From Blastocladiella emersonii ATCC 22665 (taxonomy: Eukaryota; Fungi; Blastocladiomycota), in contig JANHCV010000014.1 in assembly GCA_025594325.1 (NCBI GenBank), positions 186,001-250,000 on the forward strand: a stretch of DNA of 64,000 bases, read 5' to 3'. This document shows, one piece after another, positions 23,954 through 34,107 of the stretch. Below the pieces are notes generated by a model. The model saw nothing but the letters and a program-made list of their open reading frames with translations, did not search any database and was not told the origin of the DNA. How positions within the stretch are numbered: position 1 is the stretch's first letter; each line of letters begins with the position of its first letter. The position numbers were made by a program, and so were the translations under genes.

Positions 23954-24559
23954 TCGCAAACTTGCTGGCCTTCTGGGCTGGCTTCTCGAGGTGACCATCT
24001 GCGCCTTCTTACCCCGCATATCAGGTGCTCGTAGGATCAAACGCCGCGGTTTTTGAGCGTCGTGAGGTTGAGGAGTTAGTACATGTTGCTCGACTCGTCG
24101 CGGCACCTGTCGTGCTGCGCGACGCCAAGTTACGGTCCTGTCTCCAAAGGCACATACCCTCTCAGTACTGCTTGTTGGCCTCGCGGGGCCACCGGAGTGC
24201 TGGCCCACAACAACGATGGTCAACGCACGGGTCTGAACCTGCGCCGCGCGGGCATCGAGGGTGACGGCGGCCGAGGTTGAAGATATTCAATCCCAAATCG
24301 GGAAGAGAAGTTCGACCGGCGCCCGCTGCGCTTGCACGCACTCGGGCATAAACGGCGAGCGGCCCGTTGACTCAAGGAACGTGCAGCAGTCGGCGAAGAG
24401 CGGCTTCGAAAGGTTCGGGTCGCACGCGTGCGGATAGCGAGCCATCAGGCTCGCGAGCGCGCGGCGCAGCGACTCGTGGTCCGACTCAACGACGCCCTTT
24501 GACGCCGACTTTTACGTCCGCGATGTTGGTCAGGCGAGAGCCGACTAAACCTCCTTGGT

Positions 24560-25000
24560 AGGCAACGAGAGCGGAGCCGCACGCCCCGATTTCAGCGGTG
24601 ATGAACGCGGGGGAGACCGCGGCGGTGGGCGAGTTGGCGGAGGAAGGCGACGATGTGCTCGGCGGCCATAGACGGCGCGTACTTGGCCTCGGGGAAGCGC
24701 TTGAGCAGGCAACGGGTTACGAAGAGCGTCGACGAAACCTATGTCGCGCCGAGCTGGACGTGATTGAGGCCGAATTCGACAAAGAAAGTCACGGGAGCCT
24801 CAAGCCCGCGAAGCGGGTCGCGGTCCGGAACTGGCCTTCGTCGCAAGTCTTAGCAAATCTCTCGACCGTGCCATCCATCCTGCGGTGCACTCTGCGAGAG
24901 TAGTAGCACGAGATGAATCGCTTAAGTTCCACCTTCTGACCATAGTGTTGTACAGGAACGCGAAGAGCTCTGCTGCGTCTCAGTCGTCCACGACGTGGCG
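24560..25000 (-). pseudogene. Possible decayed fragment of an unidentified gene
   Basis: Protein-like stretches (VELKRFISCYYSRRVHRRMDGTVERFAK; FVTRCLLKRFPEAKYAPSMAAEHIVAFLRQLAHRRGLP) broken by a frameshift and a stop. Confidence 0.25.
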
Positions 25001-25686
25001 GGTGCCACGACACACCCGATACAGGAGCCCATCGTTGGCGAGCCGGTGCTCGCGAAAGAAAATGGTCAGCGTCACTCGTCGACCGAGATGGCATGAACGT
25101 CCGTGGTGACGGCAGTGGCCAAGCGTTCAGGGCCCGCTTCGCAGGCCACGGCCGCGAAGAGCAGCGAAGCTGGCGAACGAGCGACAGCGAATGCATGACC
25201 ATGTTGCATGAACTCGCTCAACAAAACACTCATCACATCCGTTACTCAAAGAGGAGCAGCTGCACCGGACGCGTCGAAAGGGCGTGGCGGCGAGGCGCGA
25301 GACACGCGAGACAGTGCGTCAGCCGTTTGCACGTGGGCGTCGAGTATTTCGGGCGGTGCGTGTGACTCCGGCTCCGTCCGTTCCGGGATTTTCCTAAGAT
25401 GGGTGGATGTGATTGGTCCGTCGGGGAGCGCAAGCCACGGCGCCGGGCTCGAGCGGTCCGAGCGAAGCGTTCTCGGCGGGCCGCCATCGCGCCGCGCGGG
25501 TGATTCGATCCCGGTCCTTTTGTTGTGTTTTGCCTTCTTATCTGTCGGCCGCCCCCCGCCGCCCGCCCTCGCTCCCCTGCACCACGCTGTACATTATCAG
25601 TTGTTCGTGTTGAGCAAGTATGCATCTGCCCCTGCCATGAACTCGAGCACCCAAGGACGCTCCGCTCACCGACCTCAACTCGTAGC

Positions 25687-27041
25687 ATGTCCGCCATCGC
25701 TTCGCAGCTCCGCCGCACCGGCCTCACGCAGGCCGTCGCCTTCCAGGCCGCGCGCCGCACCATGGCCACGGCCAAGGGCCCCGCCAAGTTCGTCAAGTTC
25801 GACTGGGAGGACGCCCTCAACCTCAAGGGCCAGCTCACCGAGGAGGAGACCGCCGTCATGGAGTCGGCCCGCGCCTACGCCCAGGAGAAGCTCATGCCCC
25901 GCGTCGTCAACGCCTTCCGCAACGAGAGTACGTCCACCCGAGCGACTGGGACTCGCAGAGCGCGGTCTGACGCCGACCTCTCCGTCGTGTAGAGTTCGAC
26001 GTCGAGATCATGCAGGAGATGGGTGAGCTCGGTCTTCTTGGCGCTACCCTCGACGGCTACGGCTGCGCTGGTGTCTCGTCCGTCTCGTACGGCCTGATCG
26101 CCCGCGAGGTCGAGCGCGTCGACTCGGGCTACCGGTCGGCCATGTCGGTCCAGTCGTCGCTCGTCATGTACCCCATCTACGCCTACGGTACCGAGGCCCA
26201 GCGCGAGAAGTTCCTGCCCAAGCTCGCCACCGGCGAGTTCATTGGCTGCTTCGGTCTGACCGAGCCCAACCACGGCTCGGACCCGTCGTCGATGGAGTCG
26301 GTCGCGAAGAAGAACCCCGACGGTTCCTTCACGCTAAACGCGCAGAAGTCGTGGATTACCAACTCGCCTCACGCGCATGTCGCGGTCGTCTGGGCCAAGT
26401 GTGAGTGGGACGGTCTGATCCGCGGCTTCATCGTCGAGCGCGGCATGAAGGGTTTCCAGACCCCCAAGATCGAGGGCAAGTTCTCGCTGCGTGCCTCGGA
26501 CACGGGCATGATCTTCTGCGACAACGTGCACCTGCCCGCCGAGAACATGCTCCCCGGCGTCACCGGCCTCAAGGGTCCCTTCGGCTGCCTCAACAACGCC
26601 CGCTACGGTATCGCCTGGGGCACGCTCGGCGCCGCCGAGGCCTGCCTGTCGGTCGCCCGCGACTACACGCTGAACCGCAAGCAGTTCGGCACCCCGCTCG
26701 CCGCCTTCCAGCTGCCGCAGAAGAAGATGGCCGACGCCCTGACCGAGATCTCGCTCGGCCTCCAGGCCTGCATCCGCGTCGGTCGCCTCAAGGACGAGGG
26801 CAAGATCGCCCCCGAGATGATCTCCATGATCAAGCGCAACTCGTGCGGCAAGTCGCTGGCGATTGCCCGCGAGTGCCGCGACATGCTCGGCGGCAACGGT
26901 ATCGCCGACGAGTACCACATCATCCGCCACGTGTGCAACCTCGAGGCCGTCAACACGTACGAGGGCACCCACGACGTGCACGCGCTCATCCTCGGCCGCG
27001 GCATCACGGGCATTCCTGCCTTCGAGACCAAGAAGCAGTAG
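25687..27041 (+). CDS. GCDH: Glutaryl-CoA dehydrogenase (mitochondrial), 2 exons, 429 aa
   Basis: Intron 25928-25992. Motifs [74 protein letters not shown]; N-terminal presequence. Confidence 0.95.
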
Positions 27042-27266
27042 ATCCTCTCTCGCTCGCTCGCTCACTCGTGGCCGCGCGGCCGCCTGTTGTCATCATTCAT
27101 TCATTAGCCCAACAAACATGATTTCTACGTACCCATCAACTGGTTTCCGCGCTTCCACGCTGTGAGCCCTGTTTTGTGCGATCCAACCCGCTCGCCGCTC
27201 CGTGCACCGCTCGCGAAATGAATGGTCTTGCTCTCAGATGTCATTCGTGTTTTGTCGCACGCGGAG

Positions 27267-28398
27267 CAGAGCCCCACATTATAATGGATCCACTTTTAAT
27301 GTCGGCATTAATCCGGCCCTGGGCCACTAAAATCCATTATTTCCAGGTTTTTGGTCGGACCCGGGTAAAGTGCGTCATTGAGGCGCGGAAACGGCCGTCT
27401 CGCGCCGTGGTGGCTCAGTTTTGGTCGCTGGAAACGAAGTGGCGTCACTCTGGGGCCACCCACGCGTGCGGCGCCCGAGTGTCTCGCACGACGCGCCGCG
27501 TGTCTCGCACTCCGAATGCGACTCAAGTCGCAGCAATCTATAGTGCCGTCAGCAAGCTTCGTTTGGGAACGCGCGACCTGGAGCAGCTTCAACAATTGAC
27601 CTGCACTTCAGTTCAGAGTAGCTTGGCTGTTGCGATCAGCTCGAGTTACTACTCCCATCTCAGCAGGCCGCTCCGTCTGAACGGACCTGCGAACCGCTCA
27701 TAGTGACATCTAGCAGGAGGACAAGTCGATCCCATGGATGTAGTCGGACGGTGCAACCAAACGGCAGCGTCATCTGAGCGCGGACTAGCAAGGCGAGCGA
27801 GGCGTGCTCGCCTGGATCAAGCACAAGTGTCCCTCAGCTCAACGCCCGATCGCGCAAAGTACATGTCGGGTAGTGTATAAGCTCTTTCCTATCGTCTCGG
27901 ACCCCGCTGACAGCGAATAGCGCACACTCAACGCTGTGCGGAGCGTGATGGTCAACATGATGGCCAACTGTAAGCGAGTCACGCTGCGACTTGCGAAACG
28001 AGTCAAGCGCAATTCGCTCACATACCTAGCATGGACATCAAGAGCGCCAAAGACAGCTCCAAGTCTAAGGTATGCGCGACGATGCCCGCCCTGGAACCGC
28101 GACAGGCGTGCAACTTGCCCAAGCTTCCAACGCAGTCTGCTGGCCGCATCTTGTGCAGTACTCAGCGCAACGACACGCTTCAGCGCGTCACATCGCATTC
28201 GTGCTGCCTCCGGACATAACCCCTGCTTGATCTCATGCTTGGGAGCAGCTCGACGCGTCCCGCTCTGCATTGCGCCACACACGTGACCGGTTTCCACGCG
28301 TTTTTGGGGCCATTTTTGGCCGGCTATTAAATTACACTATCCGGATGCCAGACATTATATAATATGGACTTGGCCACCCATTATAATGTGGGGCTCTG
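27267..28398. mobile_element. Non-autonomous hAT-superfamily DNA transposon, 1132 bp
   Basis: Perfect 21-bp TIRs CAGAGCCCCACATTATAATGG at 27267-27287 and 28378-28398. 8-bp TSD ACGCGGAG at 27259-27266 and 28399-28406. Internal stop-containing remnant (LAWIKHK..VYKLFPIV..ADSE*RTL, ~27801-28030) resembles the hAT C-terminal dimerisation region. Confidence 0.9.
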
Positions 28399-29072
28399 AC
28401 GCGGAGCCATCGAGGTGCACGCTCTGTCGCCACGGCGCCATGGCGCCACGGCGCGACAGATCCGCACGTGCGTGGCGCGGCGCGTTACCGATGCGCGGCC
28501 AAGCGACACGGTCATGATCTGCACGGCTGGCATGAGGGGTTACGGCACTCCTGACACCGCGGATCAAGATAACGACGACGCCGACGGACAGCTCCAACGA
28601 GTGAGCTGCGTGCATCGAGATAAATCGTGTTCTCCTCCCGCTATGCCTGCCCTCGGTGGTACATGATCAAAGCAGTGGACTGTCGAGATGATATGCGAGG
28701 ATGCGTTCACCGCGCTGCTGCAGGTCTTGCGGCTCACGGAGCCCCGACTGTACGCCCCGCTCGGGTTGCGGTCATGGGCCATAGGCCAGCCGGACCATAC
28801 CCGACCAGCAGATCAAGAGCGACGACAGCCTTTGCGTCGGCGCGCACGATCAACCTCACCGGCAGCAAGTGCGCGATCAAGGCCGAGGCGCGCGACGCGG
28901 TCATGATCCGGATGCCCGGTGCGGGTTGGCGCGGTGCACTACGGCGGATCAAGCATGCGACGATGCGATGGACGTCATGACTGAGAGCGAGAACACGTAG
29001 ATTTGATCGTTCGGACCAACTTCTCGCAGACGAACGTTTCAACGCAACGAAGCACTTCAGAACTGAGAGGAC

Positions 29073-30371
29073 TCGAGCGGGAGACACACACAAGAAAACT
29101 GATCGTGATATATAGAACGCCTCGTCATCGCGTGTCCGCCCACTTGTGGAGCGCAAACTACCAGGACTAACCCGAAAGGAACCGCCGTCCTCGCTTCCGG
29201 TCGCCGGCATCGAGGACCCCATCTCGTCGGTCCGAGCCAGCCAAACTCCGTCGAGACCTCGAGCGCGCCGCCGACCCACCCGAAAGGCACCGTACATCTC
29301 TTTGTCACAGGTGGGGTCAGACTACGAGGACCCTCCATCTTGTCGGTCCGAGCGACGATGCGGCGCGCGAGTCTCTGGCACGCACGCACGCGGGATTATG
29401 ATTGGACCGTACATGGTACAGGTGCCACACGCGCGCGCGCGGCCGGTATATACTTTCGGATCAAGAAGCGCACGCGCCCGCACACCACCAAGTGGTGTGC
29501 GAGCGGTGGCTTCTACACGCGGGGACGTGTTAGTCGATGACCACGACGAGGAGCGCCGAGCGTCGGATCCGTACCTTCGACGCGCGAGCGCGATCGTGCC
29601 CGAGTCTTGGTCAGGCCGTCGTGGAACTCGATGAAGTCGATGATGACGAGGGCACGAGAGCAGCCCTTGGTGATCATGATCTTGGCGATGCCAACCGGTC
29701 GAGCTTGAAGACGCCGACCGTCGACCGTCGACGAGACCAGGCGCTCGAGGCCGACGAGGCGCAGCGCAGCGCGACGTCGACTTGGGCGAGACGCGGCGCG
29801 CCGACTGGTGAGGTCGACCAGGTCGTCGACGAGCACGGGCAGCAGCGGCGCGAGCGCGAGCACGAGTCGATCATGGCGAGGTACTTCACGATGCCGATGG
29901 CGATGGCGATGGCGAGGAGCTAGCGCTTGGTGAGGCCGAGTCGTCGCGGCACCGACGTTGATGGCCGTGGCGGGCCGCGATCATGGCGACGAGGTGGCGG
30001 TGCTCCTTGATCAAGCCTTGGTCCGTTGCAGCAAGTGAGGGTAGTGGTGTACCATGATCATGGCGATAGAGATGGCTGGTGAGGAAGTAGAGAGGAGGGT
30101 GGCGGGGACCCGAGCCGAGCTTTGGACAGCTGGTCGAGCGACTACACTGTGGCGCACTGCAATTGCCGTGATATACCGGCACTCGAGCCACTTGATAAAA
30201 CCGGGTTCTGACCTGTTTCGCGCACCCAACCGGCCGGTCGCTCGCGCAAAACTGCCTAGAAATGGACGTGGGAGGCAAAACCACGCGAAACGCGAGACGA
30301 AACGCGTCTCGCATCGAGCACGTGAGTTTCAAGTGACTGATTTTGGCGTGATTTCGACTTCTCTCGCACCG
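29073..30371 (+). repeat. Left arm (~1.3 kb) of a long inverted repeat
   Basis: Reverse complement of 30552-31861. The track ORFs 29146-29634(+) and 31291-31788(-) translate identically over 162 residues. Confidence 0.95.
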
Positions 30372-30551
30372 AAATATTTAAGATCACTGCGTCGCTCGTC
30401 TTTATCGTGTGTCCCCGGCTCAAATGACCTCCGTCTTGAGCAATGGTGAGCGCGACCTGCATTTGATCACGCTTGCATTCGCTGGCTGGCTTGTCGGTTC
30501 GGCGCGCCATGATCTGATGGTGAGGCTCTTACAAATCCCTTCTGTCATGTG

Positions 30552-31861
30552 CGGCGCGAGAGAAGTCGAAATCACGCCAAAATCAGTCACTTGAAACTCA
30601 CGTGCTCGATGCGAGACGCGTTTCGTCTCGCGTTTCGCGTGGTTTGCCTCCCACGTCCATTTCTAGGCAGTTTTGCGCGAGCGACCGGCCGGTTGGGTGC
30701 GCGAAACAGGTCAGAACCCGGTTTTATCAAGCGAGCCGCATATCACGTCGCTCGCGGTGCGCCACCAGTCAGAGCAGCGAGCTCAGCCGCTCGGCCAGCC
30801 GCTACAAAGCTCGGTTCGGGTCCCCGGCATCCCTCCTCTCTCCTCACTCACCGGCCATCTCCATCGCCATGATGATCATGATCCACCACCACCACTACCC
30901 TCACTTGCTGCAACGCACCAAGGCTTGATCAAGGAGCACCGCCACCTCGTCACCATGATCGCGACCCACCACGGCCATCAACGTCGGCGCGCCGCCGCGT
31001 CGCCGCCAAGCGCTACCTCCTCGCCATCTGCATCATCAAGTACCTCGCCATGATCGACTCGTGCTCGTGCTCGTGCTCGCGCTCGCGCCGCTGCTGCTCC
31101 TGCTCCTGCTCGGTCGACGACCTGATCGACCACACCACCAAGTCGGCGCGCCGCGTCTCGCCCAAGTCGACGTCGCGCTGCACCTCATCGGCCTCGCTCA
31201 CGCGCTCCTGTCCACGGTCGGCGTCTCCAAGCTCAACGGGTCGGCATCGCCAAGATCATGATCACCAAGGGCTGCTCTCGCACGGCGTCTTCATCGACTT
31301 CCTCGAGTTCCACGACGGCCTGACCAAGACTCGGGCACGATCGCGCTCGCGCGTCGAAGGTACGGATCCGACGCTCGGCGCTCCTCGTCGTGGTCATCGA
31401 CTAACACGTCCCCGCGTGTAGAAGCCACCGCTCGCACACCACTTGGTGGTGTGCGGGCGCGTGCGCTTCTTGATCCGAAAGTATATACCGGCCGCGCGCG
31501 CGCGTGTGGCACCTGTACCATGTACGGTCCAATCATAATCCCGCGTGCGTGCGTGCCAGAGACTCGCGCGCCGCATCGTCGCTCGGACCGACAAGATGGA
31601 GGGTCCTCGTAGTCTGACCCCACCTGTGACAAAGAGATGTACGGTGCCTTTCGGGTGGGTCGGCGGCGCGCTCGAGGTCTCGACGGAGTTTGGCTGGCTC
31701 GGACCGACGAGATGGGGTCCTCGATGCCGGCGACCGGAAGCGAGGACGGCGGTTCCTTTCGGGTTAGTCCTGGTAGTTTGCGCTCCACAAGTGGGCGGAC
31801 ACGCGATGACGAGGCGTTCTATATATCACGATCAGTTTTCTTGTGTGTGTCTCCCGCTCGA
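30552..31861 (-). repeat. Right arm (~1.3 kb) of a long inverted repeat
   Basis: Reverse complement of 29073-30371; 180-bp unique spacer at 30372-30551. Confidence 0.95.
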
Positions 31862-32827
31862 TTTCTCCCTGTCCTGGCGCGCGTCGTGCTTCGTTCGCGT
31901 CAAAGCGTCCGCTCGCTCGCGAGGAGCTGGTTCGAGCGATTAAAGTAACATGATTCCGACCTCAACCATTAAGTCTGTCGCGTTTTCGCAAACTTGATCC
32001 GCCGCAGTGCACCGTACCAGACCTGCGTCCGGCCGGACCGGTTGCCAGCTCGGCGCGGCCCTGGACGACGGCGGTGTTGGTCGCGGCGATCGTGGCGCGG
32101 ATCCCTGCCTGATGGCGTTCAATGCGAAAGAAATGGAGGAGCTGCGAGACAAGCTCGCGGTTGGGCATGTTGCGGTTGCACCGAGTGCGGGCTGGTCAAA
32201 CTCAACGTCGTCACGGTGGTGGGCGCGGGGTCGAGCGGCACGTCGAAGCCGTGGCCGAGTCGACCTGGCGGACACAATTCAGCAACTTAGGTGAGCGTTC
32301 ATGGCAAGGGTGACCGTGGATCCTCGGTAAACGGGAGCAGAAGCGACGAAGCCTTGCGAGTGGCGGCCAGCCGACGCCGCATCAACACCGTGGCGCACGT
32401 GGTGGCGCATCGCGTCGTGGCCTTCGACGCGACCCGGCGAGAAGGAGCGCGTACAGGACGCAATCTTAGCGCTGTTTTCCGTCAGCAGCTTCCTTGTGCG
32501 AGACGCTGTGCGCGCGCCCGCGGCGCTCGGGCGGCGCCTCGCGCGCGTGGTACCCGAACGGCCTATTGGCGTCGGTGTCGATGACCAGGTCGCACGCGTG
32601 CGAGTTTGACCACCGACTGGCCGTGTGGGCGTGGTGCCCGGAAGCAGCGGCCCACGTATCTCGCGGAGTGGGCGCCCGGTCCGATCGGCAAGCGCGTGCC
32701 CGCGCTGGCCACGCATGGCGCGATCAGATCAGTGACTAACACGTTTTCGGGACGCGCTCCTCATATAAACCCGGGACGCCTTCGCCACTCCGTCAACCTT
32801 TCACCCTCACTCCAAGTACTCAACACC

Positions 32828-33694
32828 ATGAAACATCTTGACGATTGCATCGCTCGCGCGCGCTCGGACCTTGCTGCTCCTCTCGGTTCGCCGCTTGGGC
32901 AATCGACTCTTCCAAACGAGTCCATGACGCGGACGCCGCAACTGCCCAATGCGCAGCCGGCCGCTGCGCCACCCGCTCACGGCGAGTTTGCCGCCGCTCC
33001 GAGCGCCGGCGCGCTTGACGCACCTTCTCTCGACTACCTTGTCGCTCGCCACGCACCGCTGCTGCTCGAGTACCTCCCCGTTACCGACGCTTTCGACCGG
33101 CAGCTCTGTCTCGTCTACCAAGGCAGCGGCGCCGCACCCTTGCTCGCACCCGTTGCGCGCCTTCTCGTGCTCGCGCTGCGCCTGATTGCAGAGGACAACG
33201 TTGTCGGTCTTCCTGTCGTGCTGGACGCAATCGCCGCCGACGAGCGCATCATGACGCTCAAGCTCAAGCTCGCCGAGTGGGTGCGCCTCGATCCCGACTC
33301 GCGCGCGGTCGTGACCCAAGCTTACATCGAGCACAGCAAGATGTTGCGCGAAGGCGACGACGCTCGCGTCACCTTCGTCGACTACCTCGCTCTCGCGTGC
33401 CTGAAATGGTGGCGCTCCGAGATGATTCCCGTTGTCGCGACACCCAAGCACGGACTTAATGCCGGCTCGTTCGTCCTTAGTTGCTACAATTACGAGTGGT
33501 GCGAGCTCGCCTTGGCCGCGTACGACCGCTCGATCTCGACCACGCTTTTCATCGCCACGCTCAAGCGGTTCTTTGGCGCCAACGACCTCCACAACGAGAA
33601 GGAGCGCTACGAGATTGTCGAAAGTGTCTTCGGCGACTTGTGCGATGGCGCGACCTTTTCGGAACTCGTCCAGGCGCTCGGACTCGACGCGTAA
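32828..33694 (+). CDS. F-box-like family copy 5: short exon-1-only ORF (288 aa) of the divergent subfamily, with a degenerate F-box
   Basis: VTQAY..RVTFVDYLALACLKWWRSEMIPVVATPKHGLNAG aligns with copy 1 (VTQAY..RMTIVEVLALACLKWWRPNMLSIVTDTKYGFNVG). TATAAA near 32763. No family exon 2 follows. Confidence 0.6.
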   Translation: MKHLDDCIARARSDLAAPLGSPLGQSTLPNESMTRTPQLPNAQPAAAPPAHGEFAAAPSAGALDAPSLDYLVARHAPLLLEYLPVTDAFDRQLCLVYQGSGAAPLLAPVARLLVLALRLIAEDNVVGLPVVLDAIAADERIMTLKLKLAEWVRLDPDSRAVVTQAYIEHSKMLREGDDARVTFVDYLALACLKWWRSEMIPVVATPKHGLNAGSFVLSCYNYEWCELALAAYDRSISTTLFIATLKRFFGANDLHNEKERYEIVESVFGDLCDGATFSELVQALGLDA

Positions 33695-33847
33695 GCAGGC
33701 GCTGGTGCGGCGTAGACAGTAGAGCCTCGGTTTTGGTTTTTGCGGTGTAGAGGTGTCTTGTTTCGGTTTGTGATGTGTGTAATTTTGATACCCCTTGAGA
33801 CGTGTTGTCGCCTTCCTTGAACCTCAGCATCTCAGCTCAGTCAAAGT

Positions 33848-33870
33848 CGACGCGTTGCGCCACTCACGTG
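33848..33870 (+). repeat. 23-bp exact direct repeat, copy B
   Basis: Identical to 23931-23953. Confidence 0.85.
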
Positions 33871-34107
33871 GAAGCAGCGAAGCAATGTGAGTCCGTTCAT
33901 CGTCTGTGCCCGTGTCATTGATAGTTGACCATGCCAAGCACTCCATTATCATCTTAAAACCACTACCTATTATCCTATCACGACTACAAAGACTAGTCGC
34001 GCTCCCCTCAAACGTGCGACTGAGGAACTTGCCACCCAGCCGAGGCTCGGAGCGTTGGATAACTAAGAAATACTAGTATATTGCCCGAGCGGCTGAGTTC
34101 CGATGCT

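Noticed and set aside
28410-28980. Possible reverse-transcriptase relic (HALSP, DNDDAD, TINL..SKCAI spacing)
   Set aside because: Fragments are in different frames and lack a convincing QG..LSP or YADD motif; not supportable by eye.
29146-29634. Duplicated 162-165 aa ORF MERKLPGLTRKEPP in the inverted-repeat arms
   Set aside because: Non-ATG start, no motif and no codon bias; its duplication simply reflects the repeat.
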